A DNA stretch of 64,000 nt from a virus, in IMG/VR virus record IMGVR_UViG_3300045999_011383, one strand, 5' to 3'. Both the position numbers and the translations under genes were made by a program. A model generated the notes under the pieces. That model made no database searches. It saw only the letters and a list, made by a program, of their open reading frames with translations, and was not told the origin of the DNA. The stretch's first letter is position 1. Every line of letters begins with the position of its first letter. Below, piece by piece: positions 1 through 7,568 of this stretch.

Positions 1-16
1 GCGATTGTTTGATATT

Positions 17-217
17 TTAGAATGGAATGTCGTCAGGGTCGCCTGACTTCTCATACTCCGCCCAGCAATCATACCAAGCCTCTTGGGCGGTTTCTATGTA
101 GGTTGTGTAAACCTTCGGTACAAAAAATTCAATTCTCATAAAAGGCAGTTTTATTGCGCATAGTCTTTTCCGGTATAACCGGAAGCGAACTTCGCATAAA
201 TTAAATAAGTCTGTCAT
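17..217 (-). CDS. small early protein (66 aa) ending in SSB C-terminal-tail-like motif DPDDIPF
   Basis: Tracked ORF 17..280 trimmed to the ATG at 217. That ATG follows GGAGACACAGACA downstream of a repeated promoter copy. The tracked N-terminus MTINSEIDYIK.. is the promoter read as protein. Confidence 0.5.
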   Translation of the reverse strand: MTDLFNLCEVRFRLYRKRLCAIKLPFMRIEFFVPKVYTTYIETAQEAWYDCWAEYEKSGDPDDIPF

Positions 218-250
218 TGTCTGTGTCTCCCGTGTTTTGTTGATACTCTT

Positions 251-280
251 AATATAGTCTATTTCACTATTTATTGTCAA
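251..280 (-). promoter_or_regulatory. repeated early promoter, copy 1 (TTGACA-18 nt-TATATT on minus strand)
   Basis: Reverse complement reads cacTTGACAataaatagtgaaatagacTATATT, about 35 nt upstream of the ATG at 217. Confidence 0.6.
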
Positions 281-368
281 GTGGCTTTAAAAATATTTTG
301 TACTGAATTTTTAAAAGTTTAATGAATACTTATAACCCCGATATAGTCACCAGGATCATAAGCATCTA

Positions 369-1046
369 TTAAATGACTCCACGATCAGATAACGCAAAAT
401 ATTCTGTTATGGTAGCTGTTCCGTTTCTGATCTTGGTTTTTGCTTCGTCGATAATTTTGCGGTCATCAAGATTAGCTGATTTAACAGCTTTATTTATGCG
501 GTTATATTCCTTTTCGGATTGACTAAAGGTGGTGTATATTTTTACTTCTCCAAATGTCTTGTGATAATAAGATTTAACTGTTTGGTCTTCTATCAATTGT
601 TTTCTTATACTGGAAACAGTCTTTTCAAAATAAGTATCCATTATTGCCCCGTCAAGCCCAACAAGGTAATAGTCTTTGGTATCCACAACAATATGGATAA
701 TACAGGCTGATTTACCTGTATTGATACATCCTAAATAGTCAGCACCTATTACGTAAGCATTGGCTTGACTTAGCTTTGTTCTTAATGTTTGTGTAGTGGG
801 ATTAGACTTAGATTCAGCTTTTTTCTTTGGTGCTGCGGTTACTGTGGGCTGTTTAGTCTGCTTGTCCAGATAATTATTAGCCCAGGTTTTAGCAGCGTTG
901 TAACTCCGACGATACGAAGTTTTTCCGCACGGGAAATAAACATACCACTTGTCAGTATCAACACCAATCTTTATTTCTACTACACCCTGGGGTGCAATAG
1001 CAGTGTAATGTCCGGCGGTTTTTCTTGTAAATTTTAAAGTAGTCAT
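369..1046 (-). CDS. hypothetical early protein (225 aa)
   Basis: Long ORF whose start lies directly downstream of promoter copy 2. No motif recognised. Confidence 0.6.
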   Translation of the reverse strand: MTTLKFTRKTAGHYTAIAPQGVVEIKIGVDTDKWYVYFPCGKTSYRRSYNAAKTWANNYLDKQTKQPTVTAAPKKKAESKSNPTTQTLRTKLSQANAYVIGADYLGCINTGKSACIIHIVVDTKDYYLVGLDGAIMDTYFEKTVSSIRKQLIEDQTVKSYYHKTFGEVKIYTTFSQSEKEYNRINKAVKSANLDDRKIIDEAKTKIRNGTATITEYFALSDRGVI

Positions 1047-1081
1047 TTCTTTTGTCCCTTCTGTTTTTTGTTGATACTCTT

Positions 1082-1111
1082 AATATAGTCTATTTCACTA
1101 TTTATTGTCAA
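1082..1111 (-). promoter_or_regulatory. repeated early promoter, copy 2 (minus strand)
   Basis: Promoter core (1082-1111) and adjoining 5' UTR (about 1070-1115) are nearly identical to copy 1 (about 240-285). TTGACA is at 1106-1111 (rc) and TATATT at 1082-1087 (rc), with an 18-nt spacer. Confidence 0.6.
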
Positions 1112-1262
1112 GTGGTTTTAGGAAATATTTTTTAAATTCTTAAAACCCTTGATTTACAAGAGTTTGAGGATTATTGAGGTGCAATAGTCTAGCGATCGCT
1201 CAAATCCCCAACCGTAAAATAGCTACACAAAGATATTTGTAAAAGTTCAGTACATAAACCTG

Positions 1263-1292
1263 TTGACAATAAATAGTAGGATAGACTATAGT
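1263..1292 (+). promoter_or_regulatory. repeated early promoter, copy 3 (TTGACA-18-TATAGT)
   Basis: ttgacaataaatagtaggatagactatagt, followed by the conserved 5' UTR ..ggaaacaagggagacagacaaATG. Confidence 0.65.
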
Positions 1293-1326
1293 AGTTACAT
1301 ACACAGGAAACAAGGGAGACAGACAA

Positions 1327-1752
1327 ATGAAATTTACAGTTAACTTTCAAATCCGCACTATCAAGCACCAAATAAAAGCTACATTAAAACTTATTGCAGA
1401 CGGCATTAAATCTTATGTTGACCAGTTGGTTACTTTAGAGGGTGATTTAGAAAAATTAGAAGCATCTCTAGCACCTTCGTTAGCTGCATTGGGTAAAATC
1501 ACAAAAAACATGATTAAGTCTGTAAAGGGCAATATTCACTTTACATCGGTAGAAATTAAGGCTATAAAATCTATTCTTGAATCTGGTCTTTTAAGTGAAG
1601 GACATACTCAATTTAGAGTAGGAAGAAAAGATTATTATTTCTTAGGAATTGAAGGAAAAGAAATAAAAGTGAGAATTGGTGAAAACAGAACACGCGATTA
1701 CAGTAATGTCATGGATTATGTTTGCAGCAATGGTGTAGTAACTCTTAAATAA
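1327..1752 (+). CDS. hypothetical early protein (141 aa)
   Basis: ORF starts at the conserved distance from promoter copy 3 with a GGGAGA Shine-Dalgarno. Confidence 0.65.
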   Translation: MKFTVNFQIRTIKHQIKATLKLIADGIKSYVDQLVTLEGDLEKLEASLAPSLAALGKITKNMIKSVKGNIHFTSVEIKAIKSILESGLLSEGHTQFRVGRKDYYFLGIEGKEIKVRIGENRTRDYSNVMDYVCSNGVVTLK

Positions 1753-1769
1753 AAATTTTCTAAAACTTG

Positions 1770-1798
1770 TTGACAATAAATAGACGATAGACTATAGT
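1770..1798 (+). promoter_or_regulatory. repeated early promoter, copy 4 (TTGACA-17-TATAGT)
   Basis: ttgacaataaatagacgatagactatagt. Confidence 0.6.
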
Positions 1799-1828
1799 AA
1801 TTATACAAACAAAAAACAAAATAAAATT

Positions 1829-1990
1829 ATGAAAGGACAGCAATTTACTTTTAACAACGTTGCCTACGCCTTGCACCACAAAATTGAATGCCATATAACA
1901 ACCCAACTCCCTGGTTGGGTTTGCTCACGGCAGGGTACTCCATACTCAAAATTCTTCTTAGATGAAGAATTGAGAGCGATCGCTTCCTGA
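1829..1990 (+). CDS. mini-protein (53 aa), paralog of 3181..3345
   Basis: Below the ORF-track cutoff. Translates as MKGQQFTFNNVAYALHHKIECHITTQLPGWVCSRQGTPYSKFFLDEELRAIAS. It has its own promoter and terminator, and a second diverged copy keeps the frame. Confidence 0.55.
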   Translation: MKGQQFTFNNVAYALHHKIECHITTQLPGWVCSRQGTPYSKFFLDEELRAIAS

Positions 1991-1992
1991 TT

Positions 1993-2032
1993 AAAACCCC
2001 TGGACTAGCAACAATCCAGGGGTTTTGTTTTT
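1993..2032. terminator. repeated bidirectional rho-independent terminator, copy 1
   Basis: aaaaCCCCTGGActagcaacaaTCCAGGGGttttgttttt. Confidence 0.7.
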
Positions 2033-2097
2033 GGCTAAATCCCCAACCGTAAAATAGCTACACAAAGATATTTGTAAAAGTTCAGTACATAAACCTG

Positions 2098-2127
2098 TTG
2101 ACAATAAATAGTAGGATAGACTATAGT
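2098..2127 (+). promoter_or_regulatory. repeated early promoter, copy 5
   Basis: ttgacaataaatagtaggatagactatagt. The whole ~110-nt module 2035-2160 duplicates 1200-1326. Confidence 0.65.
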
Positions 2128-2160
2128 AGTTACATACACAGGAAACAGAGGAGACAGACA

Positions 2161-2619
2161 ATGACTACAACATTAAACCAATATACTCAACAAGACTATA
2201 GTTCAATCAACCGGGTTTTAAGATACGGGAAGCACCATGAAAGTGCAGAACAAATAATTGAAGATTTACAAAATGTTAAATGCTTTAAAGGAACAGTCTA
2301 CCGTGGCTTAACCCTTGACAAGTCAGAAATATCAACAACTTTTAAGGTCGGTAAAGTTTACCGGGATATGGGCTTTATGTCCACATCCAAAAGCCAAGTC
2401 GTAGCTCAGAAATTCAACTGTTTGGGTGTACCCTTGTCCAGAACAGATAACAGATCGATTACCCTTGTGATTGAGTCTAAAACCGGGAGAGATATTTCTA
2501 AGTTCTCTAAATACCCTGAAGAACGAGAAGTATTGTTCTTACCCTTAACCGGGTTTGAAGTTATTTCCATCGAAAAAGACGGCTGGGAAGAATATAAAAT
2601 TTATTTAAAAGAAATTTAA
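2161..2619 (+). CDS. mono-ADP-ribosyltransferase, R-S-E class
   Basis: Tracked ORF 2098..2619 trimmed to ATG 2161. Ordered motifs are VYRG (Arg), FMSTS (STS) and PEEREVLF (ExE), with spacing typical of C3/Alt/Mod-like ARTs. Confidence 0.75.
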   Translation: MTTTLNQYTQQDYSSINRVLRYGKHHESAEQIIEDLQNVKCFKGTVYRGLTLDKSEISTTFKVGKVYRDMGFMSTSKSQVVAQKFNCLGVPLSRTDNRSITLVIESKTGRDISKFSKYPEEREVLFLPLTGFEVISIEKDGWEEYKIYLKEI

Positions 2620-2746
2620 TTATTAATCTTCATAAATAACTTGCAACTGCTTAGACAAAAGTTTAAGCGGTTCTTTGTTTTACTTGCTTGTTTGTACTGT
2701 ACGAAAAGTTAACCAAAATTCAGTACAAAATATTTTTTAAAACCTA

Positions 2747-2776
2747 TTGACAATAAATAGTAGAATAGACTATAGT
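2747..2776 (+). promoter_or_regulatory. repeated early promoter, copy 6
   Basis: ttgacaataaatagtagaatagactatagt. Confidence 0.6.
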
Positions 2777-2809
2777 AGTTATATAAACAAAAACAAGGGA
2801 GACAAGACA

Positions 2810-3001
2810 ATGGCTACTACAACATTTTCAGCATTAATCAAACAGATGAGTAAATTTTCTAGCTTGCAGTCCGCCAGGACTTTTTGTGACAACGCAGTTA
2901 AAATTAATATGATACTAATGGGAGATGACGGAAAATACTGGGTAGGATTACCCAGATACACAAATCAGCTTCACGCCCAAGGATATGAGTATATTAAATG
3001 A
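2810..3001 (+). CDS. hypothetical early protein (63 aa)
   Basis: Tracked ORF 2747..3001 trimmed to ATG 2810 after GGGAGACAAGACA. Followed by terminator copy 2. Confidence 0.55.
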   Translation: MATTTFSALIKQMSKFSSLQSARTFCDNAVKINMILMGDDGKYWVGLPRYTNQLHAQGYEYIK

Positions 3002-3018
3002 AACAACCTACGTACTAC

Positions 3019-3058
3019 AAAACCCCTGGATTAGCAATAATCCAGGGGTTTTGTTTTT
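3019..3058. terminator. repeated terminator, copy 2
   Basis: aaaaCCCCTGGAttagcaataaTCCAGGGGttttgttttt. Confidence 0.7.
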
Positions 3059-3122
3059 GACTAAATCCCCAACCGTAAAATAGTTGCACAAAGATAAGGG
3101 AAAAGTTCAGTACATAAACTAC

Positions 3123-3152
3123 TTGACAATAAATAGTAGAATAGACTATAGT
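3123..3152 (+). promoter_or_regulatory. repeated early promoter, copy 7
   Basis: ttgacaataaatagtagaatagactatagt. Confidence 0.6.
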
Positions 3153-3180
3153 AATTATACAAACAAAAAAAACAAAGATC

Positions 3181-3345
3181 ATGGAAGGACAGCAATTCAC
3201 TGTAGGCAGCGTTGCCTATATTTTCCATCACAAAATCGAATGCCATATAACAAAGCAAGTACCGGGGTGGGTTTGCTCTGAACAGTTCACTCCATACTCT
3301 CGATTCTTCTCAGATGAAGAATTGAGAGCAATATCTACTTCCTGA
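3181..3345 (+). CDS. mini-protein (54 aa), paralog of 1829..1990
   Basis: MEGQQFTVGSVAYIFHHKIECHITKQVPGWVCSEQFTPYSRFFSDEELRAISTS. The HHKIECHIT and PGWVC cores are conserved with the first copy. Confidence 0.55.
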   Translation: MEGQQFTVGSVAYIFHHKIECHITKQVPGWVCSEQFTPYSRFFSDEELRAISTS

Positions 3346-3347
3346 TT

Positions 3348-3386
3348 AAAACCCCTGGACTAGCACTAGTCCAGGGGTTTGTTTTT
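3348..3386. terminator. repeated terminator, copy 3 (serves convergent genes)
   Basis: aaaaCCCCTGGActagcactagTCCAGGGGtttgttttt. Confidence 0.7.
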
Positions 3387-3394
3387 GTTGTGGA

Positions 3395-4216
3395 TTAAAT
3401 TACTTCAACCACAGATGGATGCCACTGCAACGACTGGACGGTTTTGTTATGTCCCTTTGCAGTGTCTAAGACTATTTGGGAATATTGTTTTCCCTCCTCT
3501 GTGGGCAGCCATAAAGGATTATTGTTAGCAGTGTTTTTGACCTGTAAGCCCTTTTCCGCTAGTAATGAGTTCATCTTCTGCGCTGACAATTTCACCCCGG
3601 TTTTAGCTTCATATAGCTCCGCTAATTTGCCTGGTCGGATCAGCTTATCCTCAATGGGAATACTTAGCAGCGACTTTGATTCTTCCATCGCCGAAGCGAG
3701 CGCCGGGTAAATTTTAGCAACCTGGTTAGCCTTGACTGCGGCTTTTAAGTTGGGGTGAACGTCAGTACCATCAAGTATTAAATCTATAAGTATACTTGCA
3801 TCCTGACACAAGCCTATAAGTCCCCTATCCTTAGATTCTTGTTTTTCCCAACCCACCTGTTTTTGCATCCATACCCGGACACCAATGGACGTAAAAACAG
3901 TATCCACAAGTTCAGCTTGTTTCTTGCAATACCTACCAGCTTTATATGCGTAGTATTTGGCTATGACTGCGATCGCTACATCTGGTATTCCTGCTTCTGA
4001 CCATGAGATTTGTTCACCACTATCAAACCCATACTCTGTAAGCATTTCAGCCAATTTAGAGGGATTTTGTTCACCACTCTTGAAGTTACTCAAGAGTGAC
4101 ACATGATCAACATCCATCAGTCTAGCGACCGCACGAATAGAGGCTTTACCTTTACCTTCGGGGTCAACGGTAATTTCGTTCTTGATTTGCTCAACGATTA
4201 ATGCTAAATTGGTCAC
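3395..4216 (-). CDS. antirepressor-like protein with KilA-C-like C-terminus (tentative)
   Basis: C-terminal segment KLSAQKMNSLLAEKGLQVKN..WLPTEEGKQYSQIVL resembles KilAC/ANT DNA-binding tails. It shares an upstream motif with two other KilA-type genes. Confidence 0.45.
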   Translation of the reverse strand: MTNLALIVEQIKNEITVDPEGKGKASIRAVARLMDVDHVSLLSNFKSGEQNPSKLAEMLTEYGFDSGEQISWSEAGIPDVAIAVIAKYYAYKAGRYCKKQAELVDTVFTSIGVRVWMQKQVGWEKQESKDRGLIGLCQDASILIDLILDGTDVHPNLKAAVKANQVAKIYPALASAMEESKSLLSIPIEDKLIRPGKLAELYEAKTGVKLSAQKMNSLLAEKGLQVKNTANNNPLWLPTEEGKQYSQIVLDTAKGHNKTVQSLQWHPSVVEVI

Positions 4217-4357
4217 GACAGATTAACCCGCCTTTTTCGGGTGAAATGTTAACCAGTGATACAACCGTTCTGAGTGGTGACACACTCTTTACGGTGCTGG
4301 TTTGAATTATTATAGCACGTAATCGCAAATATAACAATCTTTATTGACGTATTGATT

Positions 4358-4399
4358 AAAAAACCCCTGGACTAGCGACAATCCAGGGGTTTCGTTTTT
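4358..4399. terminator. repeated terminator, copy 4
   Basis: aaaaaCCCCTGGActagcgacaaTCCAGGGGtttcgttttt. Confidence 0.7.
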
Positions 4400-4410
4400 G
4401 ACTAATTAAA

Positions 4411-5103
4411 TCAGTTCTTTACTGACTGAATAACAAGTGTAGTTGTTTCCGGTAAAGCAATACCAGGGTAAGCAACACGCCAAGCATCATGAGAGTATAA
4501 ATTTTTCTCAACAAATCTTGGGCATGGCACTTTTTTAATTTCCAATCCCATTTTTACGGATACCGTTTTGAGTCTGCACCATTTAAACCGAGTTTCTGAA
4601 ATACCGTTGAACTTGGCTATGCGGACAATAGAGGAATAGTTGAATAACTCATCAACCGCTTCAGATAGGCATTCATTTTGTTGTTCTAAAAGGATGTTTT
4701 GTGCTTCTAGTCGTTCGTTCTCTTCTGCCAACTTTGCGGCTTCTAGCAACGCTTGAGAATAGGTTTTTGGTATTTGGTGTGCGATCGCTGTACTACCTGT
4801 TGACATCAGATTAAAAATATGTCCATCACACCACACAGCAAATTCTGGACTAATCCATCTAGCTAAGTTGATAGCTAAACTAGGATGTCCCCAAGTACCG
4901 CCGTTTACCCCCTCTTCTGAATAAACTACCTCAGATGTGAGTGAGTTAGCTAAAATCCTTATGTAGTCTTGAGTTTGCTTTAGTCGCGTCCAGTTGTCAA
5001 GTCGTTTCCCGTTGGCTTGACACATCTGGGTAAGGTTGATAAACCCGTTTTGACGGCGAGAAATTGTTTGTCCGTTATAATCAAAAACTGCTAAATTATT
5101 CAT
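4411..5103 (-). CDS. KilA-N domain protein
   Basis: N-terminus reads ..FINLTQMCQANGKRLDNW....GGTWGHPSLAINLARWISPEFAVWCDGHIF, the canonical KilA-N signature. Confidence 0.7.
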   Translation of the reverse strand: MNNLAVFDYNGQTISRRQNGFINLTQMCQANGKRLDNWTRLKQTQDYIRILANSLTSEVVYSEEGVNGGTWGHPSLAINLARWISPEFAVWCDGHIFNLMSTGSTAIAHQIPKTYSQALLEAAKLAEENERLEAQNILLEQQNECLSEAVDELFNYSSIVRIAKFNGISETRFKWCRLKTVSVKMGLEIKKVPCPRFVEKNLYSHDAWRVAYPGIALPETTTLVIQSVKN

Positions 5104-5236
5104 GTGACCTCAGCGTTAGGTTACTTCCCCTGCGGACTTGGTGTTAGTCGCACCACCCGGCGAGGGGATTACATACCAATTGTAACACATTTTATAGGCA
5201 CTCAAAACACTTGCGGTGTAATTTAGTTAGGCGCAT

Positions 5237-6571
5237 TCAAAACCCTAGCGAGTTTAAATATTCTTCTGATTGTGTGTCATCCTTTGGTTTTGTGGAAAGC
5301 GTACCTATTAACTTAGCTTCAATACCCGTAAATTTCTCAAACCGTTGACATATAATTTCGCAGTAATCAGGACTCAATTCAAACCCGTACACGGTGCGAC
5401 TACCTTCCATCTTTTGCGCTGCGATTATCGTTGTACCGCTCCCTAAAAATGGTTCATAAATAAGTGATTCCGTCGGTGCGTAAGCACTTAAATAATGTTC
5501 AGCAAACTCGACTGAAAACGTAGCTCCATGAGTCCACTCTCTGTTAGTTGCACAGGATGAGGAGTAGACATTGCTAAAACTACCTCTACTAAATACAGCC
5601 GTCTTTATCGCTCTATTTGGATTACTATCAGATGCAAATACGAATATAAACTCAAAAGCAGAATTACAGACTTTTTCTGCCATCGCTGGCTGTGGATTCG
5701 TTTTTGACCAAATCAACACATCAGCCAAATGCCGAGAATATCTACCAACCCAATCAAAAAGCGATATTTTATTTCCACTAAGACATTGAATGTTAATGAA
5801 TTGATAATCTGAAACTATAAAAGCATTGGAGAGAAATTGATCCAAAAGACGTAAGTATTCTTCGCCTTGTAAATTGTCGTCGTAGTTGTCTTTATACGCG
5901 GTATTTTCTTTCTTGAATCTACCATTTCTCAATTCAACGTTACTCGAAAGATTGTAAGGTGGCGACGTAAAACAGATAGACGCTTTCTCGTCACCAAATA
6001 AAGCCCTAACATTACTCTCAATAGTTGAATCACCACAACATATTTTATGCCGTCCTAATTGCCAAATCTCACCTAATTTAACCCGTGAAATAATCTCTTC
6101 TGTCTGTTCATAATCATCCTCACCACTGCCACTATCATCATTATTATTATCTTCCGGTTCATCATCTAAAAAACTTAGTTCCAATTCCCCAAAACCCGTC
6201 AAACTTAACTCAAAATCACTATCCTGTAGAAACTCAAAATCAATCTTTAACATTTCCGGGTCAAATCCAGTGTTCATGGTCAGCTTGTTATGTGCTAACC
6301 GATATGCCACTTTTTGAGTATCTGACAACCCAGTAATTTGAATTACGGGAATTGTACTATCACCACGTTTCTTGGCTGCTAAAAGCCGACCGTGACCTTC
6401 TAATACTTCACCATTCTCATCTACCGCTATCGGGTCGAGAAAAGTAAATTCCTCAATGGAGTTAGCTATTTGTTCAATGTGGGAATCAGGATGTAACTTA
6501 GCATTGTTCTCATAAGGAGTTAATTTGTCAATATCCCATTCTTCAATTTGTCCACGCTTGATTTTGCTCAT
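5237..6571 (-). CDS. ParB-like nuclease domain fused to a DNA methyltransferase (SPPY type, N4-C or N6-A)
   Basis: N-terminus has LEGHGRLLAAKKRG (ParB/Srx fold). The MTase part has motif IV FTSPPYNL and motif I EPFLGSGTT near the C-terminus (beta-class order). Confidence 0.85.
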   Translation of the reverse strand: MSKIKRGQIEEWDIDKLTPYENNAKLHPDSHIEQIANSIEEFTFLDPIAVDENGEVLEGHGRLLAAKKRGDSTIPVIQITGLSDTQKVAYRLAHNKLTMNTGFDPEMLKIDFEFLQDSDFELSLTGFGELELSFLDDEPEDNNNDDSGSGEDDYEQTEEIISRVKLGEIWQLGRHKICCGDSTIESNVRALFGDEKASICFTSPPYNLSSNVELRNGRFKKENTAYKDNYDDNLQGEEYLRLLDQFLSNAFIVSDYQFINIQCLSGNKISLFDWVGRYSRHLADVLIWSKTNPQPAMAEKVCNSAFEFIFVFASDSNPNRAIKTAVFSRGSFSNVYSSSCATNREWTHGATFSVEFAEHYLSAYAPTESLIYEPFLGSGTTIIAAQKMEGSRTVYGFELSPDYCEIICQRFEKFTGIEAKLIGTLSTKPKDDTQSEEYLNSLGF

Positions 6572-6890
6572 TGAAATACCACCTGTAGGCTCTGTTCATT
6601 GTACGTTGTATCATACCATGTTTGTCATTGTTTAATCCCTTAAAGTCAATCAATTCTCTAATTTTTTGGGCAGGAATATCTCTGAATAATTGCCCAAGTG
6701 ATTGACCTATAAAAACATCAGTCAATGTTTCTACTCCTGTAAAATCTAATTGCAATGATTCCCCATTTAACAAATGGGGATGAATCAATCTGTACAATCT
6801 TTGTCCGTGTTCAATAGCGATCGCGCCATGTCCAGTAACATCAAAAACTTTATATATCTTCATCATCATCTTCATTCTTGCTTGGATCAA
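6543..6890 (-). CDS. STAS-like / DUF4325-like small protein (tentative); start uncertain
   Basis: GESLQLDFTGVETLTDVFIGQSLGQL resembles the DUF4325 pattern. Several Met codons lie at 6863-6890. Confidence 0.4.
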   Translation of the reverse strand: MIQARMKMMMKIYKVFDVTGHGAIAIEHGQRLYRLIHPHLLNGESLQLDFTGVETLTDVFIGQSLGQLFRDIPAQKIRELIDFKGLNNDKHGMIQRTMNRAYRWYFNEQNQAWTN

Positions 6891-7413
6891 TGATTTGGTA
6901 GCCCTCTTTAGCTAGTTTGTCAACAGCCGCATTAACATCAACATAATATTTTATTCCTCTAGTCTCGTTAATGGCATTTGTTGACCGCTGTAGGGCTTGT
7001 GACCACTGGTTTGTTTCAGGTGCGCTATGTTGGGAAATCGCCCTCTTTCTTTCTTCTCCCGGCAGTTCCAAATCTTCTGCTAGTTGCCTAGCTTTTTGCT
7101 CAATTATTTTAGCTACATAATCCCTAGTGAGTTTGTGTACTTTGTAGTTTTCAATGATAATTTGAGACAATTCATCTGATATTCTCTCGGATACCCTGTG
7201 TATAGTTTTAACCTGAATAGTTGTCTGCAAAGTGTCTTGATAGCGTCTTCTCTGGTCTACCCACAATTCTCGCTTTACCCATCCTTCAACAGTTCCCTTA
7301 CTCAAGCCAGCCTGGACAGCTAGTTTTCTGATACCTATATCCTCCTCGCTCTCAACGTAACGACGACGACACTGCTCTTTTGTCCACGGCTTTGGTAGTT
7401 TTTCCCATTTCAT
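6850..7413 (-). CDS. HTH-containing protein (terminase-small-like N-terminus, tentative)
   Basis: GIRKLAVQAGLSKGTVEGWVKR is a helix-turn-helix near the N-terminus. No adjacent large terminase. Confidence 0.45.
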   Translation of the reverse strand: MKWEKLPKPWTKEQCRRRYVESEEDIGIRKLAVQAGLSKGTVEGWVKRELWVDQRRRYQDTLQTTIQVKTIHRVSERISDELSQIIIENYKVHKLTRDYVAKIIEQKARQLAEDLELPGEERKRAISQHSAPETNQWSQALQRSTNAINETRGIKYYVDVNAAVDKLAKEGYQIIDPSKNEDDDEDI

Positions 7414-7568
7414 AATAAGACCCCTCTTATTTTAATTTCCGGTAATCATACATATATGTTAGTTAATTGCTCTGCTTTTTTATTAATCTTAATACAATAT
7501 TTTATTTAAGCATAATTAATAAATAAAAGCGGGTCAAGTATTAACCCAACCTGCTTACTCAATACTTG

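Noticed and set aside
2098-2160. The N-terminal MTINSRIDYSSY.. extension shared by tracked ORFs 2098..2619, 2747..3001, 3084..3281 and (minus strand) 17..280.
   Set aside because: The shared peptide is the repeated TTGACA..TATAGT promoter and 5' UTR read as protein. Real starts are the ATGs after the GGAGA-type ribosome-binding sites (2161, 2810, 217).
1189-3281. ORFs 1189..1371(-), 3015..3200(-), 3061..3258(-) and 3084..3281(+).
   Set aside because: They lie entirely over the repeated terminator/promoter/UTR modules and have low-complexity Cys/Leu/Tyr-rich products. The real small gene at 3181..3345 is in another frame.
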